In this document: positions 1 to 9,367 of the stretch, piece after piece | Layout: each line of letters opens with the position of its first letter | How positions within the stretch are numbered: position 1 is the first letter of the stretch | From: Bacteroidaceae bacterium | Lineage (GTDB): Bacteria; Bacillota; Clostridia; Oscillospirales; Oscillospiraceae | NCBI GenBank assembly: GCA_963593515.1 | Contig: CAVBAZ010000171.1 | Coordinates: forward strand, 1 to 46,017 | Reading direction: 5' to 3' | DNA length: 46,017 nucleotides | Position numbers and translations under genes: made by a program | The notes under the pieces: model-generated | What the model was told of the DNA's origin: nothing | Seen by the model: only the letters and a program-made list of their open reading frames with translations | Databases searched by the model: none

Positions 1-175
1 CTTGTGACAAGGAGCAAGCAATCAAGTATTTGCAGAGGCTATTATCAATATAATAATTGCCTTTGGCGCAAATCGACTGGCAATGTCCTTTGAGAAACGG
101 AAAACCAACTTAAAGAGAAAATGTCCCGTTTCCTGCACAGGATTCGGGACATTTTCGGATATGCCAGCCCTTTCA

Positions 176-207
176 TAGAGCGTCCGTTCCGGGCGCTCTA
201 AATTTTT
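176..207. terminator. Hairpin downstream of nrdD, possible terminator
   Basis: TAGAGCGTCCG-TTC-CGGGCGCTCTA followed by AATTTTT. Confidence 0.4.
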
Positions 208-302
208 GCCATGAAGAAGGAGCAATATGCCGAGTAAATTGCAGATGTGCGGTTGTTTCCGGATAACTTTATGCAAACACTACGAAAAGGCCGCGATCAC
301 AT

Positions 303-2642
303 CTACTTCAGGAATTCTTTGATTTTTGTCACACCGGCATAGACAACAGGTGAATCGCTCTGTACGACGAGGGAGGGGGCCTGCGTAAGGCCAAGTGCGG
401 TGGCTTCCTGGATATACTGTTCTACATCCCGCTCTTCAAAGGGAATCCCCGCTTTTTTCAGAATGGGTTTGATGCTGCGGCAATTCGGGCAGGTGGCGGT
501 GGTATAGAGGTAATACTGCTCCGCCGTTTTTTCAACCGGCTCCTGCTCCTCCTGCTTTGGCATGACCACCAGTGCACCGCTTACCTGATAAGTCTTTCTG
601 TCCAAGAATTCCTGGCTCTTACCATCGTTCCAGTTCTGCACCGGACGGTAATAGCCGGTGATGCGGCTGTAGACCTCCGTGGCCTTTCCGCAGATTGGGC
701 AGGTTTTCTGTTCGCCCTTCAGATAGCCGTGCTCGGTACAGACGGAATAGGTCGGTGACAGTGTGTAGTAGGGCAGTTCGTAATTCTCCGCAATCTTGCG
801 CACCAGAGCCGCCGCGGACTGCCAACTGGGCAGTTTCTCGCCAAGGAAAGTATGGAACACTGTGCCGCTGGTATAGAGCGTCTGAAGCTTGTCCTGCACA
901 TCCAGTGCTGTAAACACATCCTCTGTATATCCAACCGGCAAGTGACTGGAGTTGGTATAGTAGGGCGTGCCGCCCTCATGTGCGGTAATGATATCTGGAT
1001 ACCGGGCCTTGTCGTGTTTGGCAAGGCGGTAGGCGGTGGATTCCGCCGGGGTTGCCTCCAGATTATAGAGATCGCCGTACTGCTCCTGATAATCAGAGAG
1101 CCGCTCCCGCATATGTTTCAGCACCCGGACAGCAAAGTCCTGCGTTTCCTCGTGCGTGAGATCCTTGCGGAGCCAGTTGGCGTTCAGCCCCGCCTCGTTC
1201 ATGCCCACGAGGCCGATCGTGGAAAAATGATTGTCGAAGCCACCCAGGTATCGCTTGGTATAGGGGTAGAGTCCCTCTTGCAGCAGTTTTTCCACGGTTG
1301 TACGCTTGATCTTCAGGCTGCGGGCGGCAATATCCATCATTCGGTCGAGCCGAACGAAGAAGTCCGCTTCATCCTTTGCAAGATACGCGATGCGGGGCAG
1401 GTTGAGGGTCACGACGCCCACCGAGCCGGTAGATTCGCCGCTGCCGAAAAATCCGCCGCTTTTCTTGCGCAGCTCCCGGAGATCCAGCCGCAGACGGCAG
1501 CACATACTGCGCACATCGCCGGGCTCCATGTCGGAGTTGATGTAGTTGGAAAAGTAAGGCGTACCGTATTTGGCAGTCATTTCAAAGAGCAGGCGGTTGT
1601 TTTCCGTCTCAGACCAGTCGAAATCTTTGGTGATCGAATAGGTGGGGATGGGATACTGAAAACCGCGGCCGTTGGCGTCGCCCTCGATCATGACCTCGAT
1701 AAACGCTTTGTTAATCAGATCCATCTCCGCCTGACAATCACCGTAGGCAAAGTCCATGGGCTTGCCGCCCACGATGCAGGGCTGATCGGCAAGGTCGGCA
1801 GGAACCGTCCAATCCAGCGTGATGTTGGAAAACGGTGCTTGCGTCCCCCAGCGGCTGGGCGTGTTGACGCCGAAGACGAAGCTCTCGATGCAGTGCTTGA
1901 CCTCGTTGTAGGTGAGTTTGTCTGTGCGCACAAAGGGCGCAAGGTAGGTGTCGAAGCTGGAGAACGCCTGCGCACCCGCCCACTCGTTCTGCATGATGCC
2001 GAGGAAATTCACCATCTGATTGCACAGCGTGGCCAGATGCTTGGCCGGTGCGCTGGTGATCTTGCCGGAAACGCCGCCAAGGCCTTCCTGAATGAGCTGC
2101 TTTAAGCTCCAGCCGGCACAGTAGCCGGTGAGCATGGACAGATCGTGCAGATGGAGATCCGCATTGCGGTGGGCGTCGCCGATCTCCTCGTCGTAGATCT
2201 CGCTGAGCCAGTAGTTTGCGGTGATGGCGCCGGAGTTGGACAGAATCAGACCTCCGACTGAGTAGGTGACGGTGGAATTCTCCTTGACACGCCAATCGGA
2301 TACCCGCAGATAGTCGTCCACCAGCTTCTTATAGTCCAGCACGGTGGAGCGCATTTCCCGCAGCTTTTCCCGGTTCTTCCGATAGAGGATGTAAGACTTC
2401 GCCACGGCCGCATACCCGGTGCGCTGCAGCACTGCCTCCACGCTGTCCTGGATATCCTCCACGCCGATCTCGTTGTTTTTAACCTTGCCGGCATAGTCTG
2501 CCGTTACCTGCAGAGCCAGCAGATCAATGATATTCGGATTGTACGGGATATTCGTTGCGTCAAACGCCTTGGTGATGGCGTTTGCAATTCGGGTCAAATC
2601 AAAATCTACCTTTCTTCCGTCCCGTTTGATTACCTGATACAT
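303..2642 (-). CDS. nrdD: Class III anaerobic ribonucleoside-triphosphate reductase with N-terminal ATP cone and fused C-terminal glutaredoxin-like domain
   Basis: ATP cone (VIKRDG), finger loop SMCCRL, YNLEATPAES, Zn site CTEH...CPIC, glycyl-radical motif RITGYY, C-terminal TCPNC redoxin fold. AAGGAG RBS favours ATG at 2642. Confidence 0.96.
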   Translation of the reverse strand: MYQVIKRDGRKVDFDLTRIANAITKAFDATNIPYNPNIIDLLALQVTADYAGKVKNNEIGVEDIQDSVEAVLQRTGYAAVAKSYILYRKNREKLREMRSTVLDYKKLVDDYLRVSDWRVKENSTVTYSVGGLILSNSGAITANYWLSEIYDEEIGDAHRNADLHLHDLSMLTGYCAGWSLKQLIQEGLGGVSGKITSAPAKHLATLCNQMVNFLGIMQNEWAGAQAFSSFDTYLAPFVRTDKLTYNEVKHCIESFVFGVNTPSRWGTQAPFSNITLDWTVPADLADQPCIVGGKPMDFAYGDCQAEMDLINKAFIEVMIEGDANGRGFQYPIPTYSITKDFDWSETENNRLLFEMTAKYGTPYFSNYINSDMEPGDVRSMCCRLRLDLRELRKKSGGFFGSGESTGSVGVVTLNLPRIAYLAKDEADFFVRLDRMMDIAARSLKIKRTTVEKLLQEGLYPYTKRYLGGFDNHFSTIGLVGMNEAGLNANWLRKDLTHEETQDFAVRVLKHMRERLSDYQEQYGDLYNLEATPAESTAYRLAKHDKARYPDIITAHEGGTPYYTNSSHLPVGYTEDVFTALDVQDKLQTLYTSGTVFHTFLGEKLPSWQSAAALVRKIAENYELPYYTLSPTYSVCTEHGYLKGEQKTCPICGKATEVYSRITGYYRPVQNWNDGKSQEFLDRKTYQVSGALVVMPKQEEQEPVEKTAEQYYLYTTATCPNCRSIKPILKKAGIPFEERDVEQYIQEATALGLTQAPSLVVQSDSPVVYAGVTKIKEFLK

Positions 2643-2654
2643 ATATTTCACTCC

Positions 2655-3347
2655 TTAAATGCCTCGCAGCTGTGTGTTTGGAATATAGGGCAGCACGGCT
2701 TGCCGCAGTCGTGCTAACTCCTCGTGTGTATGCGCCTGTACGCCGCCGGACACCAGATTGCCTGAGTCCACAAAGGGCTGCAGGAAATAACGCTTCGCAC
2801 CCTTGAGCCAGAGTCCAATCTCCTCTATCTCCTTTTCAGTGTGCAGAGGCTTGCAGACCGTCGTCCGGAACTCGTACTCCGCCGGACCGTCCAGCAGCAG
2901 TTCGGCGCTCTCCTGAACCTTTGAAAGAACATCTACTCCGCCACTGGTCTCGGCATAACGAAAAGGGCTGTTCTTGATGTCCATAGCCACATAGTCAAGA
3001 ACACCATTGAGAAGGAGCGCTTTCAGCATCCCGGGATTGGTGCCGTTGGTGTCCAGCTTTGTGGCATAGCCAAGGTCACGGAGCTTTTTCAGAAACTCCG
3101 GCAGATCCGGCTGGAGTGTCGGCTCCCCGCCGGTAACACAGACTCCGTCCAGCTTGCCCTTCCGCTTTTCCAAAAAGGCAAGCACCTCTGACTCCGATAT
3201 TTCCGGATCGTTGTTCCGCTCCGTCAGCACCAGACCGGGGTTATGGCAGTAGGAACAGCGCAGATTGCATCCGGACAGGAACACCGTGCAGGCGACCTTG
3301 CCGGGATAATCCAGCAGCGTCAGTTTTTGCATTCCGCCAATGCGTAT
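2655..3347 (-). CDS. nrdG: Class III RNR activating enzyme (radical SAM)
   Basis: CNLRCSYC radical-SAM motif, GGEP, KLDTNG; adjacent to nrdD. The SD and the family N-terminus point to an ATA at 3347; first ATG is 3332. Confidence 0.93.
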   Translation of the reverse strand: MRIGGMQKLTLLDYPGKVACTVFLSGCNLRCSYCHNPGLVLTERNNDPEISESEVLAFLEKRKGKLDGVCVTGGEPTLQPDLPEFLKKLRDLGYATKLDTNGTNPGMLKALLLNGVLDYVAMDIKNSPFRYAETSGGVDVLSKVQESAELLLDGPAEYEFRTTVCKPLHTEKEIEEIGLWLKGAKRYFLQPFVDSGNLVSGGVQAHTHEELARLRQAVLPYIPNTQLRGI

Positions 3348-3391
3348 GGCAATGCACCCCCCTTCCCGGATACGGCTAATGTGGTATGATA

Positions 3392-3420
3392 AGTATACTG
3401 GATATTGTAGTGAATGTCAA
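3392..3420 (-). promoter_or_regulatory. Sigma-A promoter of nrdG-nrdD
   Basis: TTGACA (3420-3415), 17 bp, TATACT (3397-3392). Confidence 0.85.
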
Positions 3421-3442
3421 TACGAATATACTATATCTTGTG
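3396..3442. promoter_or_regulatory. Tandem NrdR boxes
   Basis: TACTATATCTTGTG (3429-3442) and TACTGGATATTGTA (3396-3409) resemble the CaCwAtATaTwGtg NrdR palindrome. They are 33 bp apart, one lies in the promoter spacer, directly upstream of RNR genes. Confidence 0.75.
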
Positions 3443-3460
3443 TTTCATAAGCTGCACGCA

Positions 3461-3504
3461 AAAAAGGGGCGTTGGCAGTACAAATGACTGTCAACGCCCC
3501 TTTT
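3461..3504 (-). terminator. Intrinsic terminator after the AraC gene
   Basis: AAAAGGGGCGTTGGCAGT-loop-ACTGTCAACGCCCCTTTT. Confidence 0.85.
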
Positions 3505-3549
3505 GCATGTAAGCTGGATTCCGATATTTTTACTGTGCGCTTTTTGAAA

Positions 3550-4362
3550 TCAGTGCTTTCTGACGGGGACATAGATATAGGTTTCTTCCCCCCGATAATA
3601 CTCAAAATCAAACTTGGAGTGATCGAAAGTGTATCCACTGTCGTCAAACCAGTCGTTGAAAATAAAACGCCATGTCTTTTTTACATTCTCGTGCAGCGTG
3701 GGAGCATCCGAGCCCTTGGGAACCTGGAATACGGCGTATTCCGCTTCTGGGATGTTCAGCGCCTTCATACCGGACGGGACAAAATCTTCGCTCTTGACCA
3801 CAGGTCCGAAGAAATAAAAAAGTTCCTCGCCCTTTTCAGCTGGATGTATCCACAGCCCTACCTCGCCGCACGCGGCGGCACTGAGTTTTGCATAGTCCTC
3901 CTTGCTGACACTGGAGAAATCTTTGCCCAACCAGTAGGCACCATTTTCCCTGACATCGATTTCACTTTCGGGTTTCAGAATGTATCCGACTGCCGTAAAT
4001 GCCGGAAAATGTTTCATTTCGGGTTTCATATCAACGCTCGCTCCTTTTGTTTTTTTATACACCGATGGTGCAACTCCGAATTTTCGGGTGAACGCGCGGG
4101 TGAATCCAGATACGGTATCAAAGCCGGAATCCATTGCAGTTTCCGTGACGCTGCTTCCGAGCAGCAGCTGGCTTGCCGCCGCGCATAGGCGACGATCCCG
4201 CAGATATTCCGCCACTGCTATTCCGTTCACGCTTCGAAACACATGGCAGAAATGATAATAAGAATATCCGAATCGGTCCGCCAACTCTGCAGTCGTCAGT
4301 TCCTCCTGCAGATGCTCCGCAATGTAGTCCCGGCATCGAGCCATATCCTCACTGTAACCCAT
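3550..4362 (-). CDS. AraC-family regulator with C-terminal GyrI-like effector-binding domain
   Basis: N-terminal double HTH (GYSYYHFCHVF; GFDTVSGFTRAFTRKFGVAPS), C-terminal AEYAVF...WF...FDFEYY. AAGGTGGTG RBS before ATG 4362. Confidence 0.9.
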   Translation of the reverse strand: MGYSEDMARCRDYIAEHLQEELTTAELADRFGYSYYHFCHVFRSVNGIAVAEYLRDRRLCAAASQLLLGSSVTETAMDSGFDTVSGFTRAFTRKFGVAPSVYKKTKGASVDMKPEMKHFPAFTAVGYILKPESEIDVRENGAYWLGKDFSSVSKEDYAKLSAAACGEVGLWIHPAEKGEELFYFFGPVVKSEDFVPSGMKALNIPEAEYAVFQVPKGSDAPTLHENVKKTWRFIFNDWFDDSGYTFDHSKFDFEYYRGEETYIYVPVRKH

Positions 4363-4450
4363 TTGCTTCACCACCTTGGCCTGTATTTTATCACATACTT
4401 GCCGCATTTGCTTTTCCGTTCTTGTGAAGTTCCAATGAATGGACAAAGTT

Positions 4451-4752
4451 TTAATCCAACAGCTTTGCCTTTATGCTGCTCTCCTTTACAAACGGATCCG
4501 CCCAGAATCGGGAATCATAGGAGTTCTCGACATTGTCACCCCGAACATAATAGCAATTCTCCGGCACAATCATTGTAATTCCATTTTGCGTGACAGTTTC
4601 ACCTCCTGACGCCGCAATTCGTTTGACAAGCAGCCGCCCATCCCGCTCGAAGATAATGATGTCCCCATCGGTCAGATCTCCGTACAGCCGCGTTCCCAGG
4701 ATGAACGAATCTTTCTTCAAGGTTGGTTCCATGGATTCTGTTGGAACATGAC
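4451..4752 (-). pseudogene. lepB: 5'-truncated signal peptidase I
   Basis: In-frame VPTESMEPTL (catalytic Ser lies upstream of the ATG), LVKRI, GDN..NSYDSRFW. No N-terminal membrane anchor or RBS; sequence upstream belongs to the adhesin gene. Confidence 0.8.
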
Positions 4753-7700
4753 CTGCCCCTGTTCTTTGATTGTTACCGGGAATAGATCCTTACTCAGAAC
4801 GAACCCCTGGGGCTGCTCAATCTCACATACGATCCAATTCCCGACAGGGACCTTTTCAAAACTGAATCTACCATCCTCGGCGGATACAGCAGTCATCAAT
4901 GCGGTCGCTTTTGTAAACTTCGTCTCAGATGCGGCAAACAGACCTACGGTTGCGCCGGCGAGAGGCTTGTCGCTTGCATCTACCTTCAGGCCGGAAACAG
5001 CGCCGTAGATCAGCTTGTTTTCAATGGCCGCGCCATCATTGGCGCTCAGTTTGACAATCTTTGTGTCCTGACCGGCATAATTAAATGCCACCGGGTACTT
5101 CGCGTCGCTGAGCTGGTAGTGGGAGTCAGTGGAGAGTTCCTGCAGATAGTAGCTCCCAAGGGGGAGGTCGGTCGTGCAGATTGCCTTTCCGTCTTTATCC
5201 AAAGAAACGATCTCAATCAGGCCATCCTGCGGAATGTTGCTGCCGTCTGCAGCAATGATTTTCTCCGCAGCATAAAGGCCGAATGTTACATGGGTAACCT
5301 CATCGCTTTGGCCAATGCCGAACAGCTTATCTGTTTCCATGGATTTCACCAGACCAATCTCAACGCGCTGCCGCTCATTATATACGCCCGCCTGCACCTC
5401 GGTGAGTTCGATTTTCTGTCCGGCGTAGACCAGTTCTACCGTCTGCGGTTCGCTCTGGAGTGTCATTCCGTGTGGTGCCTGTTTCTCGGTAATCACATAT
5501 TTCCCAAGATAGAGCTCTTTGCTGGCGGCCATACCGTCCGACTGCGTGGTGAGCGTATCAACGACTTCTCCGGCTTCTGCACGCAGGGTTCCATCAGGCG
5601 TGTAGATGTCCTCCGCAGCGGTAATTTCAAACACTGCGCCTTCAAGGCCTGCACTCTTATATACAGGCTGGAAGATTGTGCCCTCATTGACCACGCTGCT
5701 GAAGATCTCGCCGGTTTTCTGGATGCGGATGACGCCCTTTTGCGCCATGTTGGCTTTTGTGACCGTAACAACAGCCTGCGATCCGTCCACAACAAACGGA
5801 ACCGGCGTGGAGTCCAGCACATACCCCTGGCAGGTTTCCACCTCAATCAGTTCATAGCTGCCGTAGGGAAGCTCGCAGGGGAGCATCAAAGTTCCGTCAT
5901 CTGCGGTGTAGAAGGTGGAGATGGTCACAGGCGTCGGATAGTAGACGGTCTGCGAAATCAGTTCGCCGGTATCCACATTTTTGACCTGAAACCCGATGCC
6001 GGCGGCCGGAATGATTTTCCCGGTTTCCGCATCGCGCTTTTCCACGCGAATGAAGCTGGTGATGGTCTGGTTGTTCAGGATATAGGAGTACAGGTGGCTG
6101 TCAGAACTGATGAATACGGTGAAGTCCGGGATAAACGCCTGTCCATCCTGACCTTCGATCTGATGCACGGTATAGCGTCCATAAGGCAGATCCTTGGAAA
6201 GCGCCACACCGTTTTCATCCGTCATGAGCAGGTCGCGCTCGCTCTCCTTTGCGGCATCATAACTTCCGGCAGCGGAAAGATAAAGCTGGAACACCGCGCC
6301 TTCCTCCGGCTGCTCAATAATACCCGCATTGCCGGAGGGATTGAATTCGGGTTCCGGTACTGCCTCTGTTTCAGCCGGATCGGGCATCGGAGTGTCAGTG
6401 GATTCCGTCTCAGTCTCTGTTTCCAGCTCAGCCTGCTTGGATGTCGAAGGCTCTTCCGCTTCCGGTTCAGCATCATCTACCGGCGCATCGGGGACTGCAT
6501 TTTCCGGCACAGTCTCCAAAGCCTCTGTGTCCGGGCTTACTGCATAAGTGGATTCCTCTGATACGGGCTGTTCTGTGGCCACAGGCGCTTCGGTCTCCAT
6601 CTGCGGGACTGGCGTACTCTCGGAGATTTCCAGTTCCGCGTCAATATGCTTGATCAGACGAATGCTGCCTTTGATCACCGTTTCTGTCACGGCGTTGGCC
6701 GTTGTATTGTGTTCAACCGTATACTGACCAGGCTCTGCGCCAACGGCATGTTCTGCCGTGTCAAGCAGGTATCCTTCCGACGGCTCCATTTCACGGATTG
6801 TCCAGTCGGTATCGCAGATATACTCTTTGCTGGTAAACTGACCATTGGCATCGGTATAATACGTATCGATCAGTTTTCCGCCCTTATAGATTCCGTATTT
6901 GGCGCCTGCCAGGGTGGCATCGCCCTGAGGGGTTCCGGTTTCAGCGTCCGATTTGGTTACGGACACGGTGAACTTTTTGAGGGTATTGACAAAGCTGCGC
7001 TCCGCAACCTGATTCCACTGGATGGACACAGTCTGGGACTCTGGGATAACATAACGAATCGCAGTATCCACCTCCTCGATGGTATACGGGCCGCCAATCA
7101 AAACATTGCGGAACTTCGCTACTCCGGAGGAATCCGTTACCGCATACTCATCGACAGCCAGACCAGACAGAGAATTTCCGTACAGGTGGAACTTCACGCC
7201 CTCAACAAATCCGTCTTCCGAAGTCTTGGTTACTTCCAATGCGCCGCGTTTGAGAACATTGTTAAAAGTTACGGTCGAGGTTTGTCCTCCGACAATTGTG
7301 ACCTGCTGGGAAGCCTGGGGCGTATAGCGCTCACTGTCCGCTTCCGTTACGGTATAAGTACCGGCCATGAGTTCGGACACATCAACCGTGCCGTCGCGGC
7401 CTGTCGTTACAGTCCTGGTGATGCCGTTACCGGAGATTGTGAACGAAATGCCGGCGACAACGCCGTCCTCACTGGTCTTGACCAGATGCAGAGTGCCGAG
7501 CGCTTCCATTTCAAGCCGCAGATAGGCGCTGACTGGGTCAGATACATTCTCGCCGTAGGTGATGACATCCTGGATGCCGCCGCCCTTATTTCCATCAGTC
7601 CAAACAATCACGCCGCTGCGTACACCGTTGGTCTTGCTGGCACTCACAAGGATGTCGCCTGCAATCGGCGTATCGGAGGTGATTGTCAGACGGTTGCCGC

Positions 7701-8523
7701 TCCGAGAAAAATTGATCCCGGATTCCGAAGAACTAAACGAGAAGTTCGACAGCACACCATTGGTATCCGTCAAAGTCACGGTATACCTTGTGCCGTCATA
7801 TTTGAGTTCATAACTGCTGGAACTGTCCATGCTCCGGGAACAGAAGCTGGGAATCTCGGCGTGGCTCTGCACGCTGGCGGCCATGGAATTGTAATAGGAG
7901 CGAATCTGGCTGTAAAGCGGATGCGAGTCCCGGACATAGCTCCATACCGCGCTTTTCCCATAAGCGGAGGGATCTACCTTGTTGAAGCTCGCATCACGCT
8001 CGCCGACAACCGTCTCCCAAACCAACAGCTGCGTGGCGATTGCATGGCTGAGCGCATCTGCGTCTGATGCATTCTGAGAACGCCAGGCGGTAGAGATGTT
8101 GCCCTGATAGCCATACTGCATGATGCGGCCAAGCAGGACCTTGATGGTATCCGGCGAAATGGTCGGATTGAGGTTGTCGGGATAGTTCTCCCAAAAGTTC
8201 TCATCCTTGTAAGAAAGAGTGTCGCCAACCGATTGCCCGATACCGGGTTCAATGCAGTACGAAACCTGTCCGTTGTAGGTTCCGATGCTGTGCAGCGTCG
8301 TGTAGTTGCTGTTGAGGAACCGCCAACCGCCCATCAGCGATGCGGCAGAATGTCCCCATGCGGTCGTCGAGTAATTGCTGTCCCCGTCGCGTGGGAAATC
8401 CACCATGTAGGCGTCTACCGTCGTTGCTGCGAATACGGGTGTGCTGACAGACAAGAGCGTCGTCAGGCACATGAGTAAAGACAAAAACACCGACAGGACT
8501 TTCTTCAAATTTTTTCGTTTCAT
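4717..8523 (-). CDS. Secreted SpaA/CnaB-repeat adhesin with N-terminal thioester-type domain, C-terminally truncated (no LPxTG anchor)
   Basis: Signal peptide; YCIEPG and TQLLVW motifs; repeated K.D/GA.F/G.Y...E...P.GY modules; ends QQNPWNQP, read out of frame from lepB. Confidence 0.88.
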   Translation of the reverse strand: MKRKNLKKVLSVFLSLLMCLTTLLSVSTPVFAATTVDAYMVDFPRDGDSNYSTTAWGHSAASLMGGWRFLNSNYTTLHSIGTYNGQVSYCIEPGIGQSVGDTLSYKDENFWENYPDNLNPTISPDTIKVLLGRIMQYGYQGNISTAWRSQNASDADALSHAIATQLLVWETVVGERDASFNKVDPSAYGKSAVWSYVRDSHPLYSQIRSYYNSMAASVQSHAEIPSFCSRSMDSSSSYELKYDGTRYTVTLTDTNGVLSNFSFSSSESGINFSRSGNRLTITSDTPIAGDILVSASKTNGVRSGVIVWTDGNKGGGIQDVITYGENVSDPVSAYLRLEMEALGTLHLVKTSEDGVVAGISFTISGNGITRTVTTGRDGTVDVSELMAGTYTVTEADSERYTPQASQQVTIVGGQTSTVTFNNVLKRGALEVTKTSEDGFVEGVKFHLYGNSLSGLAVDEYAVTDSSGVAKFRNVLIGGPYTIEEVDTAIRYVIPESQTVSIQWNQVAERSFVNTLKKFTVSVTKSDAETGTPQGDATLAGAKYGIYKGGKLIDTYYTDANGQFTSKEYICDTDWTIREMEPSEGYLLDTAEHAVGAEPGQYTVEHNTTANAVTETVIKGSIRLIKHIDAELEISESTPVPQMETEAPVATEQPVSEESTYAVSPDTEALETVPENAVPDAPVDDAEPEAEEPSTSKQAELETETETESTDTPMPDPAETEAVPEPEFNPSGNAGIIEQPEEGAVFQLYLSAAGSYDAAKESERDLLMTDENGVALSKDLPYGRYTVHQIEGQDGQAFIPDFTVFISSDSHLYSYILNNQTITSFIRVEKRDAETGKIIPAAGIGFQVKNVDTGELISQTVYYPTPVTISTFYTADDGTLMLPCELPYGSYELIEVETCQGYVLDSTPVPFVVDGSQAVVTVTKANMAQKGVIRIQKTGEIFSSVVNEGTIFQPVYKSAGLEGAVFEITAAEDIYTPDGTLRAEAGEVVDTLTTQSDGMAASKELYLGKYVITEKQAPHGMTLQSEPQTVELVYAGQKIELTEVQAGVYNERQRVEIGLVKSMETDKLFGIGQSDEVTHVTFGLYAAEKIIAADGSNIPQDGLIEIVSLDKDGKAICTTDLPLGSYYLQELSTDSHYQLSDAKYPVAFNYAGQDTKIVKLSANDGAAIENKLIYGAVSGLKVDASDKPLAGATVGLFAASETKFTKATALMTAVSAEDGRFSFEKVPVGNWIVCEIEQPQGFVLSKDLFPVTIKEQGQVMFQQNPWNQP

Positions 8524-8552
8524 GGGTTCTTTACCTCCTGTTTTTTAGCAGC

Positions 8553-8582
8553 AAAAAAGCGCACCGTTTCCGATGCGCTTTT
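8553..8582 (-). terminator. Intrinsic terminator directly upstream of the adhesin RBS
   Basis: Minus strand AAAAGCGCATCG-GAAA-CGGTGCGCTTTTTT. Confidence 0.75.
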
Positions 8583-8603
8583 CGCCGCGTGATATGGGTT
8601 GGT

Positions 8604-9302
8604 TCAGGCATAGCCGATATACAGATCGTAGCGTCCGTCTGCTCTTAGCTGCGCCCAAACGCAGAAATATGTGATGCCGTCTGCTGCGTACAGATCCAGC
8701 CGCGATTTGATGTCACGCTCCAGATAGATCGATCTGTCGCTGGCGATGATTGGGTTATCCCAGCATGCGGTTGCGGTTGCATCATAGATCAGGCCAACAT
8801 CGGCGCCATAGGCTTGCGCAAACGCAACCCACGCACCGATGTCAAAAGCCGGCTTTGTCTCTTCTGAAAATTCCGGCTCCGGCACAGGATCCTGATCGGT
8901 GCTTGGCTCCGTATGTTGTATTGGATTTTTGCCCGGCGGCATTTCCGCTGGGACGGGTTTTTCTGGTACGGCTGGTGCTGATTCCGACGGGCTTGACGGC
9001 TGTAAAGCGTCCGCCGAATCGTCGCAGGATGGTTCCTGGATTTCGCTGTGAGTTGTTTCATCCAGGTGCTGTCGGGAGACTGTGGGTTCGTCCGGCACAG
9101 CGGAATCGGTGGGTTGTTCACATCCGCTTTCCGTGTCTTTCGGTTGAGCAGACGCTTGCTGCTCGGCTGGAGCCTGTTCTGTTTCATACATTGCAGTGTC
9201 TCGCTGCAACATATCCGGTTCTTGCGCGTCCTGCATCGATGCCGCGCAGGCGGACAACAGCAGGACACAGCAAATCAATGCCGCTGCAAAAAAGTTTTTC
9301 AT
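8604..9302 (-). CDS. Lipoprotein, Pro/acidic-rich linker and small C-terminal domain
   Basis: MKNFF-hydrophobic-LLSAC lipobox; AGGAGG RBS. Confidence 0.8.
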   Translation of the reverse strand: MKNFFAAALICCVLLLSACAASMQDAQEPDMLQRDTAMYETEQAPAEQQASAQPKDTESGCEQPTDSAVPDEPTVSRQHLDETTHSEIQEPSCDDSADALQPSSPSESAPAVPEKPVPAEMPPGKNPIQHTEPSTDQDPVPEPEFSEETKPAFDIGAWVAFAQAYGADVGLIYDATATACWDNPIIASDRSIYLERDIKSRLDLYAADGITYFCVWAQLRADGRYDLYIGYA

Positions 9303-9367
9303 AGCGGATCCTCCTGTAATGGTTTACTTCAATTACACGGATACGCCTTAAAAATTACAGCGGGATG

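Noticed and set aside
22..276. 84-aa minus-strand ORF, and a possible plus-strand gene end at 3-53
   Set aside because: No RBS or recognisable motif; too little sequence to call
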